Of a stretch of 64,000 nucleotides of DNA, positions 31,249-42,558 are shown piece after piece (position 1 is the first letter of the stretch; every line of letters begins with the position of its first letter). A program made the translations under genes and the position numbers. The DNA is from Candidatus Hydrogenedentota bacterium. GTDB lineage: Bacteria; Hydrogenedentota; Hydrogenedentia; Hydrogenedentales; SLHB01. Below the pieces are notes generated by a model that saw only the letters and a program-made list of their open reading frames with translations, was not told the DNA's origin and searched no databases. Location of the stretch: contig CAVUWV010000036.1 of NCBI GenBank assembly GCA_963745075.1, positions 224,001 to 288,000 on the forward strand, given 5' to 3'.

Positions 31249-33310
31249 ATGAGGCGTATCAGCTTTTTGCTCTCCGTTGCGGCGTTGATCATCGTCGTTG
31301 CATTTCCGGCGCTCGCGCAACGGAATCAAACCGGTTTCGGCGCGTCCACGCGCGACGCGTTCGACACGCCCAAGGTCCCGCTTGCCGAACCCCGAGACGC
31401 CGGAACCGCCCACGGATCCCTCCCTGGACAAGCGCGGCACGCAGCTCCAATCCCTTTCGCTGCGGGAACGGGTGTCGCAACTTATGCTCGTTACCCTGAC
31501 CGGCGCACCGCGGCCGGATGCGTCGGACCAGGAGCTGCTGGCAAAATACACGCCCGGCGGCGTGATTCTGCCGCCCATGGCGCGGCCGGCGACCGCCGCG
31601 GCCTACGTGAGTGCGCTGCGCCAAATGCCTTTCGAAATAGCCACCGGCCTCCCCTTCTTCATCGGAACCAATCTGTACGATTTGCCCCGGCGCGGAAACG
31701 CCAAGGTCGACAATTCATTCGTCGCGCTCCCCTCGCTGCTGGCCATCGCTGCCGCGAACGATCCCGATGTTACCGGACGCCTGACGGACCTGACCGCTGA
31801 ACACCTCACGCGCATGGGCTTCAACATGCACCTTGGGCCGTCCCTATCGCTGGCGCCCACGCTCCCCGACGCGAAGGGTAGCATCGATTGTCTCGGTTCC
31901 GATCCCGAATTTGTCGGGAACACCGCCGCCGTCATGGTCAAAACCATGACCGAGAAGGGCGTCGTGGCCGTGCCGATGGGCTTTCCCGGCGGCGGCGCCA
32001 ATCGCGCGCCCCGTATGCCCGCTATCCTGCTCACGCCATCGGCGGTCATCGGGGACCAAGACTTGGTCCCGTACAAGAAGGCCATCGAAGCCGGCGCGAC
32101 CGTCATTCACGTCGGCAACACACTCGTGCCGACGCTGGATCCCAACAACGTCCCCGCGAGCCTTTCTTCGGTCGTCATGCGCGACATCCTCCGGCAACGT
32201 CTTGGGTTCGAAGGTGTCATCATCGCCGGACCCATGGACACCAACGACATCGCCGTCAAGTACGATCCCACCAAGGCCGCGATCCTGGCGCTGGCGGCCG
32301 GCGCCGACATGATCTACTGGAACGAAGCGGGCCATCGCGTCATGAAGACGGTCGACGAAGTCGTCAAAGCCATTGGAACCGGCGAACTGAGTCAGGAAGT
32401 CGTCGACTCGGCGCTCGCCCGCGTCATGGCCGTCAAGGAGCGGTTTGCGCTGCGCAAACGCGAATTGCCCAATCTGAAGGAGGCCACCGCCCTCGCCAAG
32501 GACAAGGACTTTCCGGAGGCGTCCTACGACATCGAGCGCCGCTCCATTACGCTCGTTCAAAATCGCGGCAACGTGCTGCCTCTGAACAAGAAGGAATCCG
32601 TGCCCGTGGGTGTGACCGGCGTGGCGGGCGTCGACACCCTGGCCGACGCGTTGGAGGAGTACGTCAAGCCCGTCTCGCGGCAGCCCATCAGCACCGCCAA
32701 GTACGGCGGCGAAATCTATGACTTCGAAATCGACCGGCTCACGTCGCACATCCGCGGGATCAAAACGGTCGTCGTCATCGTGACGCCGGACATCCGGATT
32801 AGCAGCCAGTTGGCCCTCGTGTCGGCACTGCAAAGCAAAGGAATTCGCGTGGTCGTCGTCCTCGTCGGGTATCCCGATATCCTGCCGGAGCTGGCGGACG
32901 CCAACGCCATCGTGCTTTCGTACAGCCGGCCTACCGCCATCGAAGAAAGCATGCGCGCCGTGGCCGACGTGCTCGTTGGCCAGGGACCCCTCGGCCTGAT
33001 GCCGGTTGTCCGCGACATTCACGCCAAGGCGGGCGAGCCGGTATCGTTCAGCGTGCTGGACGTGCTGCGGTCACCGTCCGGCGTGTTGCCGGTCACCATC
33101 GAACCGCCGTACGTGGCCGGACTGGCCGTGCCCTATGACCCCACGTTCTCCCTGAAGAAAGTCGAGTGGGACTTCGGGGACGGCAAGCACTCCAAGGAGT
33201 TCTTTCTGCAACGAGCCTACAAGGAACCCGGCCGGTATCCCATCACGCTGACGGTGACGGATAAGAAAAAGCAAACCACTTCGCGCACCTTATACGCCGT
33301 CGTGGAGTAA
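31249..33310 (+). CDS. Secreted GH3 (NagZ-like) fold protein with C-terminal PKD domain, catalytic motifs degenerate; frameshift ~31325
   Basis: PGGVIL, MGFNM.LGP, PASLS...LRQRLGFEGVII, AGAD, SITLVQN; WDFGDG PKD motif. Confidence 0.78.
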
Positions 33311-33326
33311 TGAAGGGGGAGTCTCT

Positions 33327-36300
33327 GTGTTTAAGGTTTGTTCCAGGCACCTGCGTGCCTTTTTAGTTCACTTTGCTACGGCTATGGGCACGTTAACGGC
33401 AGCACGTTTTTATCACAAGAACATCCCCCTTGATCCCCCTTCAAAGGGGGAGTCTCGCAAGCCGAAGGCTTATTTGTCGTCGCTTAATCTTCTGTTCTCC
33501 CACTGCGCCGCGAAGCGTGCGCACCAAATTCCCCCTTTGAAGGGGGCAGACCCGACGGGTCGAGGGGGATGTTATGTCGCTGAATCGACCCTTGTTCGCG
33601 TTGGTGCGTACCTGATTGTTTCAACAATCGGAATTGGACTATTTGCGGCAATTGCCTCCGCCAATCAGCCGACGCTCGAGTGGAGCTACAACGCCCAGTC
33701 CAACCTCTATCCGTCGCCGCTGGTTGCCGACGTCCATCCAACGCCCGGACTCGAAACGATCGTCAGTGACAGCGAGGTGCGCACGCTACGCTGCATCGAT
33801 TCCCAGGGAAATCCCCTCTGGGAGTACAAGGGCGGCTGGACGCGCCGTCTCACCTCCGGCGCTTCGCTGAGCTTTTCGGCTCGTGCTGGAAAAGGAACGC
33901 TGCTGATCGGTAACGCCGACGGCAAACTCTGCGCGGTCGATGCGGAAACCGGTCAGGAATTGTGGACGCAAACGACCGGCCCCATCGAATGGGGCGCGGC
34001 GATCTGGGCCGACCTGGACGGCGACGGCGCAGATGAGGCGATTGCCGGCACCGAAAGCGCGGGGGTCGTCGCGTTGAATGCGAACGGCGACGTGCGTTGG
34101 ACCCTCGCCAAAGCCGATGACCTGAATTTGCACGTGCAAGGCCCAATCGGCGCGGCCGATTTCGACAGCGATGGCAAGGCGGAAATCTTTGTTGTCGATT
34201 ATACCGGTCCGCTGTGTATCAATCCGGACGGCACGGTTCGATGGCGGCGACGAACCGGCGACCTGTTCCAAGGTGCGCCGGTGGTGACGACGTTGAGCGA
34301 AGACGGCAAACCGGTGCTGCTCGCCGTGTCCAGCGCCAACAATTTCCTTCATTGCTTCGACGCCGCCGACGGAACCCCTTTGTGGAAATGCGGTCTCATC
34401 GGCGCGTCAGATGTGTACCCGGGCGCCTCGCTCGCCGTGGGTGACCTGGATGGCGACGGCAGCCCCGAAATCGTCGTGCCCGACAACGAAGGCCACGTCC
34501 ACTGCATCACCGCCGACGGCGCATTGGCCTGGATCTTCACGACGGATAAGGCAACGCACGGCGCGGTTTCGCTCGGTGACGTGGACGGCGACGGCTCCAT
34601 CGAAATCCTGATCGCGAGCGGCGATCACAACCTCTATTGCGTCGATGCCAACGGACGTCTCGAATGGCGATACGCCGCGAACCTGCGGCTCATCCATCCC
34701 GCGACCATCGCCGATATGGACGGCGACAACAAGACCGACATCCTCGTCTGCGGCAGCGACCGCACGCTCCGCTGCCTTACCCTCGGCGGCCGCTACGATC
34801 CTGCACTGATTCCCTGGCCGGCCAATCGCGTTGACGTTGCCCTTTCCGGTTCGACCCTTGGCCGCAACGCGACCGCGTCGCGAACGGTCAACGAATCCCT
34901 CGAACTCGTCAAGAACGGCGATTTCAACGATCCCGACACGGTCGCGGAGCCGGAAGCGTATCCCGCAAATTCGTCGCTCCCCGAAGAGGCAAAACGCTTG
35001 CCGCGCGACTGGCATGTGGAAACCGTGAACGGCGCCACGCTCCGGTGGGCCGAGAACGGCGGGCGAGACAACAGCGCCTGTGCCGTCGTGAATCCGGCCC
35101 CGGCGGAAACGCGTTTCGCTACGGATCCCGTGCAGCTCGAACGCGGCGTTCGTTCGGTCACCGCGAACGTCTACGCAAAAGCAAACGCTACGAACGGAAT
35201 CACTGCCACCCTTCGATGGATTGGGCGGGAAGGTGTTATGCGCGCCGACACGCTGCAGGACGTGGGCGCCAACGACGGATGGTTGCGGCTGTCCGCGCAA
35301 GACGCAATCCCACCCCGCGAGGCCGAATGGGTTCAATTCGTTTGCTATTCGCCGTCCGCGGAATCCCCTGTGATGTGGGACGACGCATCCCTTGCCGCGC
35401 AGACAGAACAGCGGCCGTTGATAAAGACCGCCGTGAATCAAGTGGGCTACGAGGTGGGCGCGCCCAAACGGTTTACGGCGTGGAGCAACTTCGCTCCCGA
35501 TTCGAATCCCGCCTTCTCGGTTGTCGATGATTCCGGAGCCGTTGTCTACGAAGGAACCTTGACCGCGTGCGGCCGCATCACCGGCGCGTACGGCCACGAC
35601 TGGGGCTTCGACTACTGGCGTGGCGACTTCTCCGAGTTCGACGCGCCCGGAAAGTACCGAATCCGCGTGACCATGGACAGCGAGACCGGCGAGTCCTGGC
35701 CCTTTGCAATCGGCAAAGACGTGCTCTGGAATCAGACCGCGGAGCCCGCGTATCGCTTCTTCTACTACCAGCGGTGCGGCATGGCGATTCCGGGATTTCA
35801 CGGCGCGTGCCATCTCGACGACGCGGTCAGTCCGGACGGCAAACGGCAATACAGCCTCAGCGGCGGCTGGCACGACGCGGGCGACTACAACACCTACAAC
35901 AACGCGCCCTACGTGTACGGACTCGTATCCGCCTACGAAGAGCAGCAACCGGATTTCGACACCATCGACCGGGATGGCAACGGCCGCAGCGATTTTCTCG
36001 ACGAAATCCTCTGGGGCGGCGATTTGATGCGCCGCATGGTCGCGCCCGACGGATCGTCGCGGGGCGACATCACCTCGGGCTACGGGTTCTGGGGGCCGCC
36101 CGAACTCGAAACGGACAACATCCCCAACACCGGCGACGAACGGCGCATTCGCGGCAAGGTTTCCGGTAACGACCCCGCCAACCATATGGCCGCGGCGGCA
36201 GCGATTGCGCGCCTCCTCGAACCGGGAAACCTCTATCTCGAGGCCGCGCAACGCGCATTCGACTTTCGTTCGCAACAAGGCAAACGCGACGCTTATCAAC

Positions 36301-36983
36301 TGAGCGCTGCCCTCGATCTCTACGCCCTAACCAAAGACGACACGTATCTGCGGGCGGCCCGTGAGTTGCTTCCCGCCGCCGGTTTTGATCGCGCGCAAGT
36401 CATCGAACAGTATGACGCCGTTACCGGTGAAAATCACGCGGATCAAATCCGGGACGCATTGGTCGCCCGCGCGAACGGGATCCTGCAACTCGCCGGCAAC
36501 CCCTTCGGCGTGTACGAATACGGATCGCCGGACCACGCCACGTTTTTCGGGACCCCGCCCGACAACGGCGGCTGGCACGTGGGCAACAGCAGCCACGTCC
36601 TTGAAGCCGCCCACATCGTCGCCGAAGCATACCGCTACACCGCAGACCCGCGATACGCGGCCTTCGTCTACGACCAGTTCAATTGGATCCTGGGCAACAA
36701 CCCTTACGACCTCTGCCTCATGGAAGGTATCGGGAGTGTAAACCCACCGTCTTACCATCATCGCTACGCCATGGCCGGCGTGCCGCGCGGCGCGGTCCCG
36801 GGAAGTGTTGTGAACGGCATTACCTGGAAAACCGTCGGCGACGACCGTCCCTATTTCGACATGCGCGGCCTGGACATCCCCGACTTCGAATCCAATGAGG
36901 TCTGGCTCCCTCACAACACGAATTACCTGAAAGCCCTCGTGAGCCTCCACCGCGCACAGACCAAGTACAACGCGCCACACTAG
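33327..36983 (+). CDS. Secreted FG-GAP/PQQ propeller + CBM-like + Ig + glycoside hydrolase family 9 protein
   Basis: Repeated DLDGDG..EI; VNQVGY; YYQRCG; GGWHDAGDY; WILGNNP; HHR; SNEV. Confidence 0.82.
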   Translation: MFKVCSRHLRAFLVHFATAMGTLTAARFYHKNIPLDPPSKGESRKPKAYLSSLNLLFSHCAAKRAHQIPPLKGADPTGRGGCYVAESTLVRVGAYLIVSTIGIGLFAAIASANQPTLEWSYNAQSNLYPSPLVADVHPTPGLETIVSDSEVRTLRCIDSQGNPLWEYKGGWTRRLTSGASLSFSARAGKGTLLIGNADGKLCAVDAETGQELWTQTTGPIEWGAAIWADLDGDGADEAIAGTESAGVVALNANGDVRWTLAKADDLNLHVQGPIGAADFDSDGKAEIFVVDYTGPLCINPDGTVRWRRRTGDLFQGAPVVTTLSEDGKPVLLAVSSANNFLHCFDAADGTPLWKCGLIGASDVYPGASLAVGDLDGDGSPEIVVPDNEGHVHCITADGALAWIFTTDKATHGAVSLGDVDGDGSIEILIASGDHNLYCVDANGRLEWRYAANLRLIHPATIADMDGDNKTDILVCGSDRTLRCLTLGGRYDPALIPWPANRVDVALSGSTLGRNATASRTVNESLELVKNGDFNDPDTVAEPEAYPANSSLPEEAKRLPRDWHVETVNGATLRWAENGGRDNSACAVVNPAPAETRFATDPVQLERGVRSVTANVYAKANATNGITATLRWIGREGVMRADTLQDVGANDGWLRLSAQDAIPPREAEWVQFVCYSPSAESPVMWDDASLAAQTEQRPLIKTAVNQVGYEVGAPKRFTAWSNFAPDSNPAFSVVDDSGAVVYEGTLTACGRITGAYGHDWGFDYWRGDFSEFDAPGKYRIRVTMDSETGESWPFAIGKDVLWNQTAEPAYRFFYYQRCGMAIPGFHGACHLDDAVSPDGKRQYSLSGGWHDAGDYNTYNNAPYVYGLVSAYEEQQPDFDTIDRDGNGRSDFLDEILWGGDLMRRMVAPDGSSRGDITSGYGFWGPPELETDNIPNTGDERRIRGKVSGNDPANHMAAAAAIARLLEPGNLYLEAAQRAFDFRSQQGKRDAYQLSAALDLYALTKDDTYLRAARELLPAAGFDRAQVIEQYDAVTGENHADQIRDALVARANGILQLAGNPFGVYEYGSPDHATFFGTPPDNGGWHVGNSSHVLEAAHIVAEAYRYTADPRYAAFVYDQFNWILGNNPYDLCLMEGIGSVNPPSYHHRYAMAGVPRGAVPGSVVNGITWKTVGDDRPYFDMRGLDIPDFESNEVWLPHNTNYLKALVSLHRAQTKYNAPH
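33417..33573. repeat. REP doublet (CCCCCTTCAAAGGGGG family) inside the 5' end of the GH9 ORF
   Basis: Inverted arms 33417-33452 and 33529-33573. Confidence 0.82.
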
Positions 36984-37017
36984 AAGGTACACCTGCGGTC
37001 ATGCCGATTCCTGAGAT

Positions 37018-37175
37018 AACATCCCCCTTGATCCCCCTTCAAAGGGGGAATTTTGCACAACTACTGCCTCTGGTATATGTGATGCGCACCGCTCCGACTC
37101 TAAGCCGTTGCTAACCCCCACGCAACGCAAAGCGTTGCGAATTTCCCCCTTTGAAGGGGGATCAAGGGGGATGTT
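37018..37175. repeat. REP doublet (CCCCCTTCAAAGGGGG family)
   Basis: Inverted ~35-bp arms just after the GH9 stop. Confidence 0.85.
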
Positions 37176-37245
37176 CTTCCGGGCAAGGCATGGTTCCGAA
37201 AATGTATCCGTAATTGCAGGGACTTGTACTCAGCAAAGAGGGCTC

Positions 37246-38127
37246 ATGATGACTTCTTCGGAGAGCAACATACTCCACGCGGATGCCAAACGGCCCTTTC
37301 GCGTGCTTCAACTGACGGACTTGCACGACGATGTCAGCGACGCCTTGACCGAACAAACCTACGCGGACATCCGTCGACTGCTGAAGACGTGGTCGCCCGA
37401 TTTCCTCGCGGTGACGGGCGACATCTGGTGCGGCGACGACAAACCGGACCGCGGTCCGAATTTGATGAAGCGCGACCTCGAATTCCTGAGTTCGCTGAAG
37501 ACGCCATGGGCCTTCACCTGGGGCAATCACGATTACAAATCCGATCTCGAAACCGACACCGCCCGAATTGCCTCCACGCCATACGCCTGCATGGAGTTCG
37601 GCGACGGCCGTGGCAACTGCCGGGTCGAAATCCGTCACGACGGCGGACCCGCGTGGGACATCTACTTCCTGAATTCACACGGCGAATGCCTGTGGCCGGA
37701 CGACCTCGATTGGCTCGAGTCTGAAGCGGTACGCATTCGCGAGGATCGCGGCACTGCCGTTCCCGCGATCGCGTTTTTTCACATCCCGCTGCAACAGTAC
37801 GAAACAGCCCGGCTTTCGGGGAAGGTGTGCGGTATCGCGCTCGAGGACGCCCTCTCCTGGGGAAACAGCGCCGACCGCTTCGACCCCATCCGGCGTGTGG
37901 GCGCCATCCGCGCCTGCTTCGTCGGGCACAGTCACGTGAACGATTTCCACTTCGAAAAGGACGGCATCGTGCTCGCCTACGGCCGCGCAACCGGGCACGG
38001 GGGATACGGGGCCGACCGATTGCGGAAGGGTGCGAAACTCATCGAACTCAATCTGGACTCCGATGGGTTTACGTTTCAGACCGTCTTTCCCGATGGTTCC
38101 ACGTGGAATCCCAACGACATAATGTGA
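37246..38127 (+). CDS. Calcineurin-like metallophosphoesterase (Dcr2-like)
   Basis: DLH, TGD, GNHD, FHIP, GHSHVND, GRATG.GGYG. Confidence 0.86.
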   Translation: MMTSSESNILHADAKRPFRVLQLTDLHDDVSDALTEQTYADIRRLLKTWSPDFLAVTGDIWCGDDKPDRGPNLMKRDLEFLSSLKTPWAFTWGNHDYKSDLETDTARIASTPYACMEFGDGRGNCRVEIRHDGGPAWDIYFLNSHGECLWPDDLDWLESEAVRIREDRGTAVPAIAFFHIPLQQYETARLSGKVCGIALEDALSWGNSADRFDPIRRVGAIRACFVGHSHVNDFHFEKDGIVLAYGRATGHGGYGADRLRKGAKLIELNLDSDGFTFQTVFPDGSTWNPNDIM

Positions 38128-38290
38128 TCCACAGAGTTACGCGACACTTACGGTCGAGGTGGGATGGAGGTGAAAGACGATCCGCGGCGCAGTTTGTGGC
38201 CCGTTTCGGTCAGTAGAATTTGGGCGATTCATGCTTGTTTCGGATTTCGTGCTTCAGATTTCGTATTTGAATGGTGGGTTCCACCCTGCT

Positions 38291-39975
38291 CTATGGCTTG
38301 GCAGGTTCCGCATTTTGCTCCGCAGGTTGAACCGGCTCGACGGATAGTTTCACGTCGTCCTCGTCGCTTTGCATCCAGCTCTTGCCGATGGCCCGTTCGA
38401 GGGTCGCGTTGGCCACCGCCATATCCCGCAGACCTTGGACCAAGCCCCGTTTCGCGGTGGTTAACGCCAGTTCGGCGTCCAGGGTTTCGGACTGTTTGCC
38501 GACGCCCTCCTGGAACCGCAGTTCGGCCAATCGCAACCCTTCTTCGGCCAGTTTCGTGTTGCCCTTTTCGCTGGCGATTCGGGCCATCGCGTCGCGGATC
38601 TGGATGATCGAGCGCGTGATATCCAGTTCCACGAGCGCTTCCAAATCGCGAAGCTGCCCGTCAAGACTGTCTAATCGCGCCTTGGCCTCGACCTTCTCGT
38701 GTTTGCGCTTTCCGCCCGCGTAAATGTCCCACTGGCCGGCGACGCTGAAGGTCCAGCCATCCGGCTGCGTGTAGCCGCCGTTGTCGACGTTTTGCCATTG
38801 GATATTGGCGCCCGCCGATGGCATGTACTGGCCGCGCACGCGATCCAAGTCCGCCTTCGCCGCTTCGATGCCTTTCTTCAACGACTGGATCTCCGGGCGG
38901 TGGTCGTTGGCGTACGCAATCAGTTCGTTCTTGTCCGGCGTATAGGGCAGAAAATCCAACTTGGGTTCGAGATGCAACACCGTATCCTGCGGCACCGCGA
39001 TAATGCGGCGAAGATTCGCCTGGGAGAGGCGTTGCGCGTTGCGCGCGCTGACCAGGCTGGCCTCCCGGTTGCCCAACTCAGTCTTGGAACGCAGCACTTC
39101 GAAATTGCTGACCATCCCGACGTCCAGCATCTGCTGCGCGTCGGACAGATTTCGTTCGAATGACTTCACGCTCGCTTCCGCCACGCTCACCAGCGCCTCG
39201 GTCGCCGCCGCGTCATAAAACGCCTGCTTCGCCTGGTATTCCAGTTCCGCCAGCGTCGCGGTTTGTTTCCATTCCTGGGACTCGGCCAGGTACTTGGACG
39301 CGTCGATGGCCGCGCGAATCTGGCCGCCCGCGTACAGCACCTGGTTCAACTCCACCTTATCCGTGCGGAAATCGTCTTCCATCTCGAGACCGAGACTTTC
39401 CCGATCCCTCCCCCGAGACCGCCGCCCGAGCCACCGCCGGGAATCAAACGACTGAGTAACCCGCCGCCTAAGAGACCGCTTCCGCCGAGACCGCCTCCAA
39501 GACCGCCACCGCCGCCACCAATGCCCCCAAGCTGGGACGAAATATCGCGGGTGTTAAACTCCGTGTGCGTGAAGGTCATGGACCCTTTCACCTGCGGTTT
39601 CATCTGGGAGCGCGCCTGGCCCACTTTCGCCTGCGCCGCCTCGAGATCGCTCTGGGCCACCGCCACCTGGGCGTTTCCGGAAAGAGCGAGTTCCACGCTG
39701 CGGCGCGCCGTTAATACCATCTGTTGCCCGCCCTGCGCTTCCTCGCTTTTGGTTTGCGTCGCCAGGTATTTCTCCACCGCATCAAACGCATCCAACAGAC
39801 TATCCGACCCCTCCAACAAAGGGCTGGACGCCATATCGCCGGTGTCGGTCTGTCCGGCGGCGCGGGGCTCGGAATTCTGGGTGGCTGCCGGCGCCGGCGC
39901 GTCTCCCTTACCGGAATCCTGGGCAAATACGGCAAACGGCGCCAGCAATGCCAGCGCGGGAATGATCCACTTCAT
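38291..39975 (-). CDS. TolC-family outer membrane protein, frameshift ~39385
   Basis: Signal peptide, AL..N, Q.LYAGG, RPEI, WDIYAGG, RFQEGVG, LERAIG. Confidence 0.85.
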
Positions 39976-40166
39976 AAGTACCCCACTTTGCGGTTGTTCA
40001 GTCAAACGCCCCTAATGATACGCCAGCAGTCAAAATCGTTCAACGATTGGCCAGCCTTGTCGATTGCGGACTGCGGATTTCCTCTCCGGCTGGTGCCTTA
40101 TGCCGAAAATTTGATAAAGTGTTCGCTCATAACTTCGTTCCGGGACCAACCGCGAGGAGACCAACC

Positions 40167-41495
40167 GTGAAGTCCGTAACCCATCTATCCGCCGTGCGCC
40201 CCCTGGCTGCGCTTATCGTGATGACGGCTCCCGTCTGGGCTGCCGGACAGTACGACATGCGCGTGGATCACGGCCTCGTGAAACGGGGCTCGAGCGAATT
40301 CACCATCCGTTCGATCTACGTGCCCGACCTGGCCAAACCCGGCACCTCGCTGGCCGACGCCACCCAAGACATGAACCGGATCGCCGACGTCGGCGCGCAA
40401 GTGCCGTGCTTCGATTTGTACGGCCTCAGCGAGTCCGGACGCGACCTCGCGCAAGACGCCATCGACGCCATGCGCCAAATACGTGAGATCGGGTACGACC
40501 GCTCCATGCTCGGTATGGTCCGCGTCTTCGGCCCCTACGCCCCTACCGATCCCAAGGCCCGGCTTCGCGCAGCCCGGACTGTCGCCCGAAGGCTCGGCGA
40601 CGAACGGCAGTTCGTATACCTCCTCGAAGGACCGGACGCCGGCAAGCTCGCCCGCGAGATCAAGCGGCATGCCCCCGGTCTGTTACTCGCTTCGCCGGAG
40701 GGCGGCGACATCCAGGTCGTTCTCAAACCCGCCACGAAGTCCGACAAACCCACGTTGTTACTCGGCGCGCTTCCGCCGTCCCTGGACGAGCAGGCCCACT
40801 TCGTAATGCCGCAATACGATGAGAGCTACCAACTCCTGGACTTGGCCTCGGCGCTGCCCATCGAAGCCCACTCCTGGACCCCGAACAATTCAAGCCTCAC
40901 ACCGCAGGAAAAAGCCGACGGCTGGATCGCGATCTTCGATGGAAAGACCTTCAACGGCTGGACCATTTTGGGCGGAAATCAACAGGCGTGGACCATTACG
41001 AATGGCGTCCTCGAACGCGTCGAGAGCGGCTCAAACGGATTACGCACCATCGACCGCTACGGCAACTTTGTATTGCGCTGGGAGTGGTCCTTGCCCAAAG
41101 GCGGAAACAACGGCGTGCATATAAGTGCGCCCCGGGCCGCCCGCGAATCCCGCGTCGGCATGGAGTATCAGATGCTCGGCGACTACGGCAAACCGCCCGA
41201 CAAAAACAGCACCGGCTCCGTGTATGACGTCGTCCCGCCCACGGTCAACGCGGTCAAACCGGACGGCGAGTGGAATTCGTCCGAGATCACGTTCAACAGC
41301 CCGCATCTCAAATACGTGCTGAACGGCGTCACCGTTCAGGACTTGAACATGAACGACAACGACGCATTGAAGGTTCGCCTGCGCCACGGATTCATAGTGC
41401 TCACCGAACACAACGACACGGTGATGTACCGGAACATCCGGCTGAAACCGTTACCCACTCCCAACGAGCAGATGGCTATCCCGGCGCAATGGTGA
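40167..41495 (+). CDS. Secreted protein with C-terminal DUF1080 (3-keto-disaccharide hydrolase-like) domain
   Basis: GWIAIFDGKTFNGW, GGNNGV, EYQM, TGSVY, GEWN, YRNIR; GAGGAG RBS. Confidence 0.8.
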   Translation: MKSVTHLSAVRPLAALIVMTAPVWAAGQYDMRVDHGLVKRGSSEFTIRSIYVPDLAKPGTSLADATQDMNRIADVGAQVPCFDLYGLSESGRDLAQDAIDAMRQIREIGYDRSMLGMVRVFGPYAPTDPKARLRAARTVARRLGDERQFVYLLEGPDAGKLAREIKRHAPGLLLASPEGGDIQVVLKPATKSDKPTLLLGALPPSLDEQAHFVMPQYDESYQLLDLASALPIEAHSWTPNNSSLTPQEKADGWIAIFDGKTFNGWTILGGNQQAWTITNGVLERVESGSNGLRTIDRYGNFVLRWEWSLPKGGNNGVHISAPRAARESRVGMEYQMLGDYGKPPDKNSTGSVYDVVPPTVNAVKPDGEWNSSEITFNSPHLKYVLNGVTVQDLNMNDNDALKVRLRHGFIVLTEHNDTVMYRNIRLKPLPTPNEQMAIPAQW

Positions 41496-41508
41496 AAGGA
41501 GGCCTGAT

Positions 41509-42459
41509 ATGCGGTTCGTGTTGGCTACGTTGGCGGTATGCGCCGCCGGTGGATTGACCTTCGCGCAGGACCCAAAACCGTCGAAGGACTTCGCCACTTT
41601 CCAGGTCTCGCAGTTGCAGTGCGTCATCGGTAACAACGCCGCCGACGGCGTGCATCGCGAGGGCTACAACGGCGTCTTTCGCATCACGTCGCCGAATGAA
41701 TCCATCTCACCCTACGTCCCGTTTTACGCGGGACTGAACCTGGAACACTACTTCGACGCGCGGCCCCGCAACCCGGACGCATCCATCTTCTTCGAACCGC
41801 GTCACGCGCCCATGGAATTCCGCAAGATCGACGATACCACCGCGGAACTGCATCAGCCTGCAACCGCATACTTCGGCGTCGAAAGCTGGACCACCTTCCA
41901 ACTCAATGATCCGTACTACATCGACTTGGCCTACCGCTGCATCCCTCGGAAGGATGCCTTCGAAGGCGGATTCATGGGCGTGTTCTGGGCGTCGTACATT
42001 AACGCCCCCATCAACAAGAGCATCTATTTTCTCCAGGGCGACTCGACGCTCGACAAACCCTTCTGGGCCCAGTTCTGCACCCAGAAACACGGGCACGACA
42101 GCGCGGTCCTTCGCCAGGGGGACGATACGGAATTAAACTACCCCGCGGAGTCCGACACCTTGTTCAATTCCATCTCGCCGCTGCGGTATTCCGTGCCCTT
42201 TTACTACGGCCGCGTGCGCGACATGGTGCTGATTTACGTGTTCAAACCGAACCCCTACCTGCGCTTCGCCCATTCACCCAGCGGCGGCGGCAAAACCGAA
42301 GCCGGGGACGACACCAATCCCGCCTGGGACTTTCATCTCGTGATCCCCGACTGGAAAGTCGGGGAGACGTACACACTCACCATGCGCGCCATCTACAAAC
42401 CCTGGGTCGATCGCGCGGATGTGTTGCGCGAGGTGGCGAAGTATCTGGAAAAATGGTGA
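41509..42459 (+). CDS. Secreted hypothetical protein
   Basis: 316-aa ORF with signal peptide, AGGAGG RBS, aromatic-rich. Confidence 0.75.
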   Translation: MRFVLATLAVCAAGGLTFAQDPKPSKDFATFQVSQLQCVIGNNAADGVHREGYNGVFRITSPNESISPYVPFYAGLNLEHYFDARPRNPDASIFFEPRHAPMEFRKIDDTTAELHQPATAYFGVESWTTFQLNDPYYIDLAYRCIPRKDAFEGGFMGVFWASYINAPINKSIYFLQGDSTLDKPFWAQFCTQKHGHDSAVLRQGDDTELNYPAESDTLFNSISPLRYSVPFYYGRVRDMVLIYVFKPNPYLRFAHSPSGGGKTEAGDDTNPAWDFHLVIPDWKVGETYTLTMRAIYKPWVDRADVLREVAKYLEKW

Positions 42460-42467
42460 ATTGAAAT

Positions 42468-42558
42468 AAAAATGGGGACAGTAACCATTTATTCCTATCA
42501 CGCCATCTCGTCGTTTCACGTAATCATAGGTGAATAAATGGTTACTGTCCCCATTTTT
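42468..42558. repeat. Perfect 27-bp inverted repeat (GGGGACAG family)
   Basis: AAAAATGGGGACAGTAACCATTTATTC / GAATAAATGGTTACTGTCCCCATTTTT; relatives at 25301-25328 and 43630-43716. Confidence 0.88.

Noticed and set aside
34407..36299. 630-aa minus-strand ORF (similar shadows over rel, uvrB, GH3 and PhoD)
   Set aside because: Antisense to well-supported genes
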